A DNA stretch of 38,139 nucleotides from Octopus bimaculoides (GCF_001194135.2 NC_068987.1:39558780-39596918), one strand, 5' to 3'. Shown: positions 22,861 through 35,599, counted from the first letter of the stretch. Numbers and translations: made by a program. Notes: a model not told the origin generated them from the sequence alone.

Positions 22861-23688
22861 GCATTCCAGACGCCTTGAGACTTTTCAGGAGAGGCAGTTA
22901 TAACTGTCTTAAATTATTGTAATTTTAATGTATCACTACTATACATCTAATAAGTTGACATGTCAACTTTTGTTATTCCAGATTAAAAGAGATGACTATA
23001 ACAGCACTTACTAAACATTGCTTGTCACAGCAGATTAGTCTGCAGAATGTAGTTGGGACATCAAGACAATTTGGAAGCTTGCTATGCAATAAAGATTTGT
23101 TAAACAGGCCAAAAACACTACAGAAACTTATGAAATGCTCTAGATGCTTATGGAGTAACTTGTATAAGATGAGCGTCTATTTTTCACTAGCAAAAGAGGC
23201 CAAGCAAAGCAAGTCCACCAGGAGGCTCAATATGAACCCTTTTTTGAGAATAAGGGCATCATCTACATCTACTGGCTTCCCTCTGGCCAAACAATCAGCA
23301 AAGACTACTTTGTGGCAGTTTTGAGGAAATTCAGGAAGTGATTTTGTCACAAAGGGCCAGAGCACCTGTACCAAAACTATGCATTGATAGACAATTCCAT
23401 TCTGGTAACCAACTACTTGACAGAGATGGGCAGTGAAACTATCTCTCACCCTTCCTACAGTCCAGACCTTGCTCCCTGTGACTTTTGGTTGTTCCCTAAA
23501 CTGAAGAAAGCGATGACAAAGGTCCTGGACACCTTCACTTTGGAGGATTTCCATGGAGCCTTCACAAAGTGGATAGAGTGCATTGAAGTTAAAGGATCCT
23601 ATTTTGAAAGAAATTAGAGTTTTGTACTTGTTTGAAATTGATAAATGTCTCTCCTGAAAAAGACTAAAAACTTCTGGAATGCTCCTTG
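22861..23688 (+). mobile_element. Mariner element, internally deleted, with TIR remnants
   Basis: ETISHPSYSPDLAPCDFWLFPKLK...WIECIEVKGSYFE. The right end ...CTTCTGGAATGCTCCTTG|TA is mirrored by GCATTCCAGA...GACTTTTCAGGAGAG at 22861-22893. Confidence 0.88.
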
Positions 23689-23807
23689 TACATCATATAT
23701 ATCATTAAAAAATACAATCTAATAAGTTTGAAATGATACTTAAGTTCATTGATTTCTTTTACATATTTCTTGCCATGCCAATATGGAAAAAAAGATGTTA
23801 AATGATG

Positions 23808-23825
23808 GTGTTATATCTATATCTA

Positions 23826-23864
<39 letters not shown>

Positions 23865-23875
23865 ATATATATATA
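23808..23875. repeat. (TATC)n/(TA)n microsatellite
   Basis: Direct reading. Confidence 0.95.
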
Positions 23876-23916
23876 TGTATTTAGCACTTTTTTCTCATTT
23901 ATTTGACATTAAGCAT

Positions 23917-23972
<56 letters not shown>

Positions 23973-24015
23973 CAATGCTTAATGTCAAACAAATGAGAAA
24001 AAAGTGCTAAATACA
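23876..24015. repeat. 140-bp palindrome centred on (TA)n
   Basis: TGTATTTAGCACTTTTTTCTCATTTATTTGACATTAAGCATTGTGTG-(TA)n-CATACAATGCTTAATGTCAAACAAATGAGAAAAAAGTGCTAAATACA; two mismatches between the arms. Confidence 0.95.
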
Positions 24016-24042
24016 CAGAGGATATGGTTAAAAAAAATTTTT

Positions 24043-24174
24043 TTTTATTAAAACTGAGAAAGTTTGTTTTGCAACTCAAATCTCATGCCACTACAATCTT
24101 CATGTGAAACCTGAAATTGCAATGGCATGAAACTTGAGTGATATGACAAACTCTCAGCTTCGATTTTAATAAAA
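24043..24174. repeat. 132-bp diverged inverted repeat (MITE-like)
   Basis: TTTTATTAAAA.CTGAGA.AGTTTGT...ACTCAA..TCATGCCA..CAAT is mirrored by ATTG..TGGCATGA..TTGAGT...ACAAACT.CTCAG...TTTTAATAAAA. Confidence 0.75.
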
Positions 24175-25924
24175 GACTGACCCTCACCAAACACTAATTT
24201 CGTTTGAGTGTTAACCCTTGAGTTTAACCAATTATGCTCATCTACTAGTACAGGCTATCTGACAGGTGAAAAGCTGGAGATTATATCAAACACCTGCCTG
24301 AAAATCAACAAATATCCACAGAGTTCCTATAATTATAACCATTCTCCTTGGTTGTAAATACACATACACACACACACACATCTGTCTGTCTGTCTGTCTA
24401 TCTATCTATTTATCCAGCTGTGTGTGGGTGAACATCAGACCAGATGCCTTGTTCTGATTCTTTGTGTTTTGTGTTAAAGTCTCCATAGGTAGTAGACTTA
24501 ACCTGTCTCCTGGTTTTAACACCAACAACTGGCACAGCTGTCTTTAGCAGAGTCCATTTTATTGCAAGCATTTGGTCCAAAACTTCAGCTTAAGAATATC
24601 TTCCTCCCATCAGCCTTGGAGGCTCTGTAATAGAACATGAACAATGCTTTCCTTCTTGAGTAAAGGATTTATAAAAAAACTTATAACTAAAAAATTTCTT
24701 AGTTGCATTGATTTACAATATATAATTTCCTTGGCTGAAAGTAGTGTGCATTTACATTGCATCTAGCTGGAAAAATCCCCCTTCAAACATCAGCATCACA
24801 AAAACTAATCCAATTCAATCTTTTTCCTTTTTGTCATGCAAATTTGTATCATAAATGGTTTGTACATTTTGATGCAGATGACAAATTATATTCATAGAAA
24901 AAATATTTAACACACAGTCTATTGTTGATAAAATATGTAACAGTTTTCCAAAGTGGAAAAGAAGAAATAACCCATCAAAGACTAGTATCTGATTCTAAGG
25001 AAGATTAATCATTAATATATTCATAACTATGAAAAGATGAAGGTAATTATAGTGAACGGATTAGTTTATTTTTTTTGTTGAGAATCTATAACATCAAAAG
25101 TTTGAATACACTAACATCCAAATGTGAAAAAGATATTTCAGATAATTCTAGAATAATTTAATTAATCACAAAGGAAACTGCAAGTAGCTTAAAAACACCA
25201 ACGTTAGTATTATTTACAAAACACTTATCTTTACATAAAATTTATATAACATTCATATGAATTCTGAAATGCTGGATTTGTTTTTTTCCATTTAATAATG
25301 GTTTCTAGAGTTTCATTCAAATTAATAATAAATGGAAATGAAACAAAAAAAAAAAAACAACACTTTTGTTCTGAAAATATTTGAACATATACTTTGCTTT
25401 CTAAAATTTATGTAAAAAATATAAATACCCAATGTTGTTGCTAGTTTAACATTTGTTGTTGCTGTAGTATGACAATTAATTGCAATATAACTGTCTTTAC
25501 AATGACCAGCCTTTATAATACTGATATTGTAAATATCAAAACAATTCAGGGACTAGCTTATTGCTGAAATAGTATTCACAGTACAAAACTATATGGTTGT
25601 AAAATAACTAACATTCTAATAGGATTAACTCATTGCTAAGATAATATAAACAACATGATTTATGTTATTATATAACAGTTACAGTATAATAGTCTACTGT
25701 TGCAAAATTAGGCATTAAGACAAGTTGCTTACTGCTGTGTTATGACAGTTACTACAGTTATGTTTATGATAAAGAAGAATTTTGATCATCCTAACAAGAA
25801 TCTAGGTACACTTGAAATCTAAATAAATGGTGGGGAAAGGGGAAAATGTGCAGATTTTCCAAAGTAAAACAATAAACTGTGATGTTACACAGAGATAAGA
25901 CATGAATATATATATTTTTTCTTC

Positions 25925-25990
25925 TCACGGTGGTGCACCAGCATGACCGCAGCCACTTGGCTGAAACACATAAATAAATAAATAAATATA
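25925..25990 (+). mobile_element. SINE 3' tail remnant
   Basis: GGTGGTGCACCAGCATGACCGCAGCC...GCTGAAAC followed by (TAAA)n. Confidence 0.45.
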
Positions 25991-26026
25991 TATATATATA
26001 TATATATAATTTATTTATGTAGGTAT

Positions 26027-26753
26027 AAAAAAACTGCTACTCAGAGTTTCATGCTCCTGTTTGTCAGGCAGTTGTGATCCTGAATGGAATAAGAATTAAG
26101 TTATACATATAATTTATATTATATTTTATATTGTGATATAATTCACATTGACAGATACACATTTGAATTTGATTGGTCATGTCAACTCATGGTTTTTCAA
26201 AAGTACAGAAGCTGTAACAGTAAATGTAAATAATAAAATTAAAATAAGAATAAAAAATAAAAATAAAAGGCATAAATATCGTGTTGTATAAAATTAAAGA
26301 AAACTTAGAATCAAAAAGAAATTTCTAGGTTAAAAAGAAATCATACATGTTCAGAGTCAGTTAATTTAATGGTAAATGAGTAATTAATAATAGATATAAA
26401 TCTGTTTTAAATGGCAAATGTTGTATGTGTTAGATTCATATTATGTATACAAGTGCAAGTATTAACACACTTATGCACAGAGACATATTGTGTATATATG
26501 TTTGTGTAGACATCTGTGTATACATTAGTAAATATATGCATATGTTTGCCTGTATAAGTTGGTATGTATGAACTTTTGTATGTGTTTACACATATATGTA
26601 TGTAAATGTTTGGTTATAGTGTGTGCAAATATATATGATGCATGTATGCATACGTATGTGAAAAATGTGTCTTTGTATTTATGCATATAGATATCTGTGA
26701 ATATGTTTTTATGTATGTATGTTTATGTGTAAGTATATGTGTGCATGTATATT

Positions 26754-26794
<41 letters not shown>

Positions 26795-27514
26795 TTATAT
26801 GTGCATATATATGTACATATAAGTATGTATGCATATCTGTATGTGAATATGTGTTTGTAGATGTATGTATATATATGCATCTGTCTTTTTGTATGTATCT
26901 GTGTAATTTTGCTTATGTGTAGATACATGTATACTTATGTATAAGCAAGTGTTTATGTATTTATGTGAATATATGCACATGTATTTCCTGTGTATAAGTA
27001 TATAGTTTTTATATGTGTATTTTTTATATGTATGTGTGTATATGAGTTGCTTATATAAAAATAAACCTTTACTGTTTTTATCAATATCTATGAGCTTTCC
27101 TAAATCCAAGGGTTAATTTTTTTTAATTAAAAAAAAAATAATAATATAATTTTTTTTTTAAGTTTTTTTAAAGATAGACTGATATTTATTATTAATTACT
27201 TATTACTATTAATTAATTTATTCTGGACACATATGATTTCTTTTTAACCTAGAAATTTCTTTTTGATTCAAGGTTTTCTTCAATTTCATACATGATATTT
27301 ATGTCTTTTACTTTTATTATTTACATTTACTGTCCAGCTTCTGTGCTTTTGAAAAACCATTACCAATCAAATTCAAATGTGTATCTGTCAATGTGAATTA
27401 CATCATAATATAAAATATAAAATAAATTATACTCATAACCTAATTCTTATTCCATTCAGGATCACAACTGCCCGATGAACAGGAAAATGAAACTCTGAGT
27501 AGCAGGGTTTTTTT
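26027..27514. repeat. ~1.5-kb long inverted repeat: ~350-385-bp arms around a ~750-bp degenerate (TA/TG)n spacer
   Basis: 26027-26411 is the reverse complement of 27166-27514. Examples: CTGCTACTCAGAGTTTCAT, GGCAGTTGTGATCCTGAATGGAATAAGAATT, AATTCACATTGACAGATACACATTTGAATTTGATTGG, GAATCAAAAAGAAATTTCTAGGTTAAAAAGAAATCATA. Confidence 0.92.
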
Positions 27515-27628
27515 GTGATATTTTTGTGATGTTTTTGTAGTTTTAATAATAATAAAGCATATTATTCTACCTCCGGTATAAGAGTATTATTTTTCCCCAC
27601 CTCATTTCACATTTATGTGCTTACTCTG

Positions 27629-28241
<613 letters not shown>

Positions 28242-29003
28242 AGACACACACATAAGTATGCTAACATGTATATTTCTGTTTTAAGAGAAAATAGAGGTGA
28301 ATACTTTCAACCAGCTTCAAAACAAAATTGTTTTCTGTATAATCTACTAACAAATATATTTTTAAGTAAATATGGAGAGGCATGTACAATAGGAATTTTA
28401 TAGAAGCTCATGAGAAATGACACATGAAAAAATATTTATTATCAAAAATATGAACAAATCTCTAAATACATAAGTTCTTCATTTTATAGCAATAAGATGG
28501 CCATATCACTGTCTATAGCTTATAAATTTAACAAAGACCAATAGGCTAAATATTTTAGCAAAACAGATGCTATGGATAATTGGCTCTGTAATGCAGAAAT
28601 TTAAACCAAGATTTTGTTTTGTGTTTTCATTTTTACAGATAAATAAAAACATACTTATTGCAATAAATATTCTATATTTTGATAATGAAGTTTTGAATAT
28701 TATGACGTCTTCAACTAAATTTTTGTGGCAATAAAATAAGACTTTATCAATATTCAATAATTTAATTTTGTTTGTTTTAAATTCAGTTTTAATTTGGAAA
28801 TTTTAAAAATATACAGTATTACTTCTAAAAATTAGCTTCTCTTCTTTATTTGACATAAAAAAAAAATGAAATGAAATGAAAAAGAGAATCAGAAAAAATA
28901 GCTGGAAATGATGTTGAGCAAACAGCTTCGAAATACTTAAAAGGAAGTTTCAGTGTACAATACTGATTTCCACAAGGCACTGAAAATATTTATATAATAT
29001 TTT

Positions 29004-29042
<39 letters not shown>

Positions 29043-29443
29043 GTTGGACTAGTTGATAACAGCCTGACATTCTCGATGTGGTGGCACCAACAGATTTTTA
29101 ACGGAAGTACGAAGGCTTGGTGAAGATCTGAAATAAAAAATATAATATTTGTAACAATATATGTAATAGTAAAATTAAGAAGAAAAAAAGCATGTATTTT
29201 ATACTATTTCTGATCATCTGTATATTATTATGTGTTAAATGTCTCCTTTAATCTTTCTGTAGAATGTCAATGAAAAGTGAAGCTAGTAGAGATCGGTCTT
29301 CTCAAAATAAAATTTATAGGAGAATATGAATCTAGTATTGAAGCAAGTAAAATAGTTTGAAAGTCATTTCTAACAGCTTACAGCTTTTAGAAGTAGCTTA
29401 ATTTCATTTCATGGTATCTATATTTAACTAGATGAATATAGTA

Positions 29444-30561
29444 TTAAGTCATCAAGTATAAAATTTGCAGAAAAGAAAAAAAAGTTTGCTAATGCTTTAT
29501 AAATACAAGGAATAATTTTATTCATTAAAGTATGCACCCATATTGTCTATACACTTTTGCCATTTCGGTGGTAGCTTGTCCAGCCTGGCAATCTAGAGTC
29601 AATAAAATTTTGGAAGGCTTATTTTACAACATCGTCAGAATTAAATTTTTTTCCTATCAAAAAGTTATCCAAGAGTGGATCTGTTGACTAATCTAGGCTG
29701 TTTTTTTGTAAGTTTATGCATCATTTTGTCCAGTTGGCTGTAGTATACTTCGGCCATGATTGATGAGCCAGGTTTAATGAAATCATAATGGATCACATCT
29801 GTGCCAGACCACCAAACATACACCATCAGCATCTTTTGATGAATTTTCCTTTCTGGATGTGTTTTGGTGGTTCATCTTTGTCCAACCATTGTGCTGAACG
29901 TTTATGGTTGTCGTATTGGATCCATTTCTCATCACATGATACAATTCGATTCAAAAATGATTCATTTTGTGACGAGAAAGTAGCATAATGCAGGCTTCCA
30001 AACATTGCTGTTTCTGATTTTCATTGAGTTCATGTGGAAACGACTTATCCAACTTTTTCCCTTTACCGATTTGAACTAGGTGAGTCAGTATTGTTTGCTT
30101 GCTAACACCAAACAACAATAATTCATGAGCACTTTGAGGTGGATCTCACTTGATGGTGGCTTTCAGTTTCTCATCATCTATCTTTGTTTCTGGTCGAACG
30201 CATTGTTCATTTGTGAGGTCAAAGTTACCAGAACAAAATTTTGCAAACCAATTTGATACTGTCTGCTGTGTATTAGAATGACATACTCCATTAATATTCC
30301 GAGTTGTCTGTGATGCTGTATTTCCAAGAAAGAACTCATATTTCAAAACCATATGAATTTCCGACTTATCCATCTCTAAACAAAAATAGCAAAAACAATT
30401 TATAATACTTTATAAAGTGCAAAATGAGTTAGAATAAAGAAATAGATGCGTCAGCTTTCTAACAATAGATAAAGATTGTCCATATATAATAATGGCACAA
30501 AATGAGCAGCTGTCAAAGTTTACCATATACCTTACTACAAATTTTATACTTGACGACCTAA
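29444..30561 (-). mobile_element. Mariner (Hsmar1/cecropia-like) with both TIRs and TA flanks; transposase decayed
   Basis: Left end TA|TTAAGTCATCAAGTATAAAATTTGCAG and right end CTACAAATTTTATACTTGACGACCTAA|TA. Protein remnants MDKSEIHMVLKYEF...NFDLTNE..RPETKIDD; FLNRIVSCDEKWIQYDNHKRSAQWLDKDE; KLPPKWQKCIDNMGAYFNE*. Confidence 0.92.
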
Positions 30562-32118
30562 TAATTGAGAATTAAACATCCTAGTCTAGTAACAAGGTAT
30601 CTTAAACATTCGATTTCATTAAAATTGAATGAAAAAAATAGATGGTAGTAAAAAGAAAAAAAAAATTTGAATAAATGTCACATTGGAAAATAATGAAAAG
30701 AAAGAAACAGACACAAATATATTTTATACATTAGCATATCCTATTAAATATAATTGGATATAATTTTGTTCAGATTAAAGTGTAATCTATAAATAAGGGT
30801 TTCCTGGGTAGCTTTGTTAGAACAGTACAAAATTGTCTTTATATTGTCAGTGTGTAGGATGAAAGCCTTATATGTGTAGTTTTTAACACGAGACAACATG
30901 AGACCAAATTAATGTATTTTGTCCATTTTGAATCTTAGTTAATTCAAATGAATTCTTTTGATAATCTCAGAGTTTTGGGATTACGAGTTATATTACTTTG
31001 TGTACACTTCCAGTTCACAACATTGCTTTATCTCCATTCATTCTAATTGTTGNNNNNNNNNNTTAAATATCTTGTAGTTAACATGCCAAAACCATAACTG
31101 TGGAACTTGTCAACAGATGATAAAAGAAAATTTGTGTTCATTCTTGTATTTTACAATGCCCATTTTCATTTGGTTTATTCTCTGCACTAAATTTTTCTGT
31201 TTTGATTTTAACAGAACACTGATTTCTTTGACTAACGTTGTTTATGGTCTCTCTGACTACCATTCATCATTTTCTCTTTCTTTATCCATTCTTCTGTCAC
31301 ACTCACTCAGTCTTTCTCTCTCCTATTGCCTCTCCTTCTCTGCCTGGTATTTCTTCTGTCCCAGTATTCCATCTTCATTTCCATAATTCTCCAGCCTACA
31401 TCCTGTTCCTTTTCAAACTCAGTTAATTCTTTATTGTTACCTTCTTCACTTCCCTTCATTGAAAATTTAATGTTCAGAATCAATTATTTCTTTTCACTCA
31501 ACCTCCCCTATATGCACTGCTTACCTCTGGTTTGTTCTGTTCTGTTTTAACAAAAAGACTTTAACTGTTTGTTTAGTATCCTTATTATTTTGTCTCTTGT
31601 CTTGTTTGACTCAGCTGAAAAATTAATTTTTACTTTGTCCTTTTTGCTTGATCAATCAACCTTAATATTTGTAGGATGTAATTTTTTCATATTTTCGCTT
31701 ATATTCACAAATATCTGTTGCCATGTCCTGTGATACTGTCTCAGTTCACTAAACCATTCCACAGTAAAAATTTTCTTTAAATCTATTGACATACTGAAGC
31801 TAACAGCACTGTTGTTAATGTGCAAAAACTGCAGGACGTAAGTCAACAGCTGATGACTGGATATCTTTGTTTTTGTTTGTATTTTCTCTATGCTTAATTC
31901 CTCTGTCTTCAAAGTTTATATTTCTGTAAAATCTCTTTACTTTTAATGGCAGCTATTGAACAAGTACTGTTCTAGATTTTTAAGAGATACTCTATTTTTA
32001 CTTATAATGTACAATAATAAATGTCCAGTTAATTTTAGCAATAATTTTGCATAGGGGTAGTATAAATTTTAATTAAATGTTGTGCATAATTTAAGTTTAC
32101 AGGGTTATTGAAAAAAGA

Positions 32119-32135
32119 TAATAATAATAATAATG

Positions 32136-32192
<57 letters not shown>
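32119..32192. repeat. (TAA)n microsatellite
   Basis: Direct reading. Confidence 0.97.
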
Positions 32193-32195
<3 letters not shown>

Positions 32196-32982
32196 CTAGA
32201 ACAGCAACAGACCATGATAAAACGATGGCAAGAAAAGCCCCTACATGGTAAATACTGGGCTAAACTAAATGCAAAAGAAATAGACAGAGAAAAATCCCAG
32301 CAATGGTTGAGAAACTCAGGACTCAAAGCAGAGACTGAAGGATTTTTAATTGCTGCACAAGACCAAAGCCTCCCCACCAGAAATTACCAAAAACATATAA
32401 TGAAAAGAAACATAACAAGTAACTGTAGAATATGTGGAGATAGACAAGAAACAATAAATCNNNNNNNNNNNNNNNNNNNNNNNNNNNNNNNNNNNNNNNN
32501 NNNNNNNNNNNNNNNNNNNNNNNNNNNNNNNNNNNNNNNNNNNNNNNNNNNNNNNNNNNNNNNNNNNNNNNNNNNNNNNNNNNNNNNNNNNNNNNNNNNN
32601 NNNNNNNNNNNNNNNNNNNNNNNNNNNNNNNNNNNNNNNNNNNNNNNNNNNNNNNNAATGGAAAAACTTTCAAAATACAAAGACCTGGAAATAGAGGTAA
32701 CTCGAATGTGGAATCTAAAAACAGAAACAATTCCTATCATAGTAGGTGCCTTAGGTATAATAAAAAAATATTCAGACAAAAACATAACAAAAACACCAGG
32801 ACTTACAAATATATATAACATACAGAAAATTGCACTACTAGGCACTGCACACTTCCTATGCAAAACACTTTCAATACAGTAACCATAAGAGCATCACAGC
32901 AAACCACAGCACATACCCAAGGCGCACAGAGCTGCGCTCGGAAGTGAAGTGAAAGCACGTTATAAAAATAAAACTACTGAAC

Positions 32983-32983
<1 letters not shown>
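32193..32983 (+). mobile_element. R4/Dong-clade element, 5'-truncated, relatively young, inserted in (TAA)n
   Basis: No stops in the sequenced parts: WQEKPLHGKY...WLRNSGLKAETEGFLIAAQDQSLPTRNY...CRICGDRQETIN-gap-EKLSKYKDLEIEVTRMWNLKTETIPIIVGALG...QKIALLGTAHFL. The 3' UTR is followed by (TAA)n at 32984-33020. Confidence 0.92.
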
Positions 32984-33023
<40 letters not shown>

Positions 33024-33034
33024 TAGTGAGCAGT

Positions 33035-33330
33035 GAGGAGAGTAACTGTTATCCCAGTAGTTGTAGGGGCAATTGGAGCACTAACAACCAAGTTTGAAAA
33101 ATATGTTGGAGAAATTGGAATTGACATGAAGTCAGAGTAGGCCCAAAAAACTACTTTATTGGGGGAGAGTTAGGATTTTGAAACTGGTGATTGGGTGTTG
33201 AGTATCTTCCATGATAGTTAACATCCAAGTACTGAGTCTTATAATTTGTGGACAGAGACACTGTGAGACCTCTGGCAAAAGATTGCTGTCCACTCTCACA
33301 GAATCAACCAGAGCTTTGAGAAGTAAAATA
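33035..33330 (+). mobile_element. Second R4/Dong-type 3' fragment (different family)
   Basis: VTVIPVVVGAIGALTTKFEKYVGEIGI...QKTTLLG, then a UTR and an (AAT)n tract at about 33331-33390. Confidence 0.75.
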
Positions 33331-33389
33331 TAATGATAATAATAATAATAGTAATAATAATAATAAAAATAATAACAACAATAATAATC

Positions 33390-33426
<37 letters not shown>

Positions 33427-33427
33427 G

Positions 33428-34750
33428 TGTTGTGGTGAGAGTCATGACACCCCCTGCGAGAAAAGACTTGACTGAACAACTATAAATAATAGCGGTCTGA
33501 GTGAGAGAGAGAGAGTAGGCATTAATCACAGGCAGTCATAAGATCTCATTTTGGTAGTTTGTCAGAATATCGTTTGTTGGTTCATGTATAGTTTCGTAGA
33601 GAGTTTGTTGGATTGTAAAGAGAGTTTGTAACATTGTTGTTACCCTACTTCGTTAGATGTTTAAGGTTGCTAATGATGGAAGACCTATTAGCTTCTATAA
33701 TACAGTTGCAAAAACAGCAACAGGAGTTGTAGAAACAACTACTTCAGCAACAAGAGAAACAACAATAGTTAATAGAGCTATGTCTTAAGAAGTCTAGAAA
33801 CACAATAAGTTTGTTTTTGCCAGACGGCGTATCAAACTCTATAACAGAATTTAGTTACAATTCAGAGGAGGTTATAACATTTGCAGCATACTTTAGAAGG
33901 TATGAAGAAACCTTTAGAGAAGATTTCAAGTCATGGATGGACAACATAAAAGACTATTATTACGTAAATTAGTGCTGGCTGAACATGAAAAAATTGTAAT
34001 TTCATATTACCCAAATGGGCAAGCAGAACAATTCATAGATACTTTCAAGTGAGTGCTAAAAAAAAGCAAGGAACAACTTAGGAAATGATGAAGTGTTAAC
34101 TAAATTCTTAAGGGTGTACAGAATAACACCCAATCTGAATACCAGTTCAGGCAAGTCGCTTGCAGAGCTAATGTTGGCTCGAAATATTAAATTGGTCTTT
34201 GACAGATTGTTGCCAAGGGAAAAAACATAGAGACAAAATACAAAAAATTCAACTAAACATTTTGATGTTGGAGACAAAGTCCATTTCAAAGTATACAAAA
34301 ATGGTAAAGAGAGTTGGCAAGATGGTGTAGTGACTAGAAAAACTGGAAACATGATGTATTTAATAAAGGGCCAAAGAGGGGAGCATAAACGACACCTAAA
34401 TCAATTAAAAATCAGACATACAGAAAAAAGGAAGGAAATTCCAATGGAAATGTTTTACATATTTCATGTGCCAGCACCAAAAGAGATTGAGCCTAGAAGG
34501 AGCAGTAACAGAAAACGTAAACAGACTGAACATTTAGAAATAATTCCTAAGCGGAAAAAGATACTGAACCCCCTAGGAAAGCAAAATTTCAAAAAAGGAG
34601 AGATGCTGGGAAGAAAGAAAGAAAAAAAATAATAAAATAAATTTTGTTTCCTTTGGAAGTTGAAATCACAAAGGGGGGAGATATTGTGATGAGAGTCATG
34701 ATATCCCCTGCAAGAATAGACTTGACTGAATTACTATAAATAGTAGCAGT

Positions 34751-34788
<38 letters not shown>

Positions 34789-34958
34789 GGGTTAAACGCA
34801 GGAAATCATGTCATTTTGGTAGTTTGTTGGAATATCGTTTGTTGGTTCGTGTATAGTTCGTGGAGAATTTGTTGGATTGTAACGTTGTTGTTGCCCTGCT
34901 TTGTTAGCTGTTCCATTGTTACTTTTTTACATTATAACTGTGTAGTATCATCATAACA
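33428..34958 (+). mobile_element. Gypsy LTR retrotransposon, internally deleted (gag N-terminus fused to integrase C-terminus), both LTRs present
   Basis: 5' LTR 33428 to about 33660 (TGTTGTG...) and 3' LTR 34682-34958 (...CATAACA). PPT AAAGGGGGGAGA directly precedes the 3' LTR. Gag: MEDLLASIIQLQKQQQ...FSYNSEEVITFAAYFRRYEE. Integrase: PNGQAEQFIDTFK...YRITPN...GKSLAELMLAR...FDVGDKV...RHLNQLK. Confidence 0.92.
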
Positions 34959-35510
34959 ATTGGCGATACAACAATCAGAATATCTGTGATCAATCATAAA
35001 TGTATGATGAAACACTGATATCTAATGATACATTATAACAAAATCTTTTGACATGTCTACGACTCAGTCACTTCTACTCTACTTCACTGAATCTATTGAA
35101 GTCATTTATTTATTCTCTGTTGGAATGTGTTAACAATAGCATCACTGGTTGGTTACTTATCTGCAATGAGTCAATCACTACTTCCTTGTATTTAAAGCAG
35201 CAAGAATGGGAAAAAAAGAATGAGAAGATATCACTTGAATTTATACTTGAAGTGTTGATGTAATGAATTGCAAGTTAATCCATTTTAGGTCTTTTTTTTC
35301 ACACAAATATAGACTGAACATATATATTATACTGAGACAATGACTTACAGTTACATGCCCTCCCTGTTGCTAATGTTTTACAAGTAAGGGGATTTTTCAA
35401 TTCTATTCATCTTAGAAAGTTGAGCTACTGGATGTTTTGTTGACAGGAAACGTCAGCAGAGATCCCCAGTTATAACCAAATGCTTTTCAATTGAATATAA
35501 ATATTTACAT

Positions 35511-35517
35511 ACACACA

Positions 35518-35571
<54 letters not shown>
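35511..35571. repeat. (TG)n microsatellite
   Basis: Direct reading. Confidence 0.97.
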
Positions 35572-35573
<2 letters not shown>

Positions 35574-35599
35574 AGATCATTTAGAATGAAATGTCCAAT

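Noticed and set aside
24430-24660. Slightly GC-richer stretch that might be an exon
   Set aside because: The minus-strand frames I translated close within about 30 codons, I saw no convincing splice-site pair, and no motif was recognised.
26614-27109. ORFs rich in Y/I/C/V/H/T
   Set aside because: Translations of degenerate TA/TG microsatellite.
31652-31912. 86-aa minus-strand ORF, and a possible plus-strand exon 31745-31837 ending at GTAAGT
   Set aside because: No recognisable homology in either reading. An isolated consensus donor is expected by chance in 38 kb.
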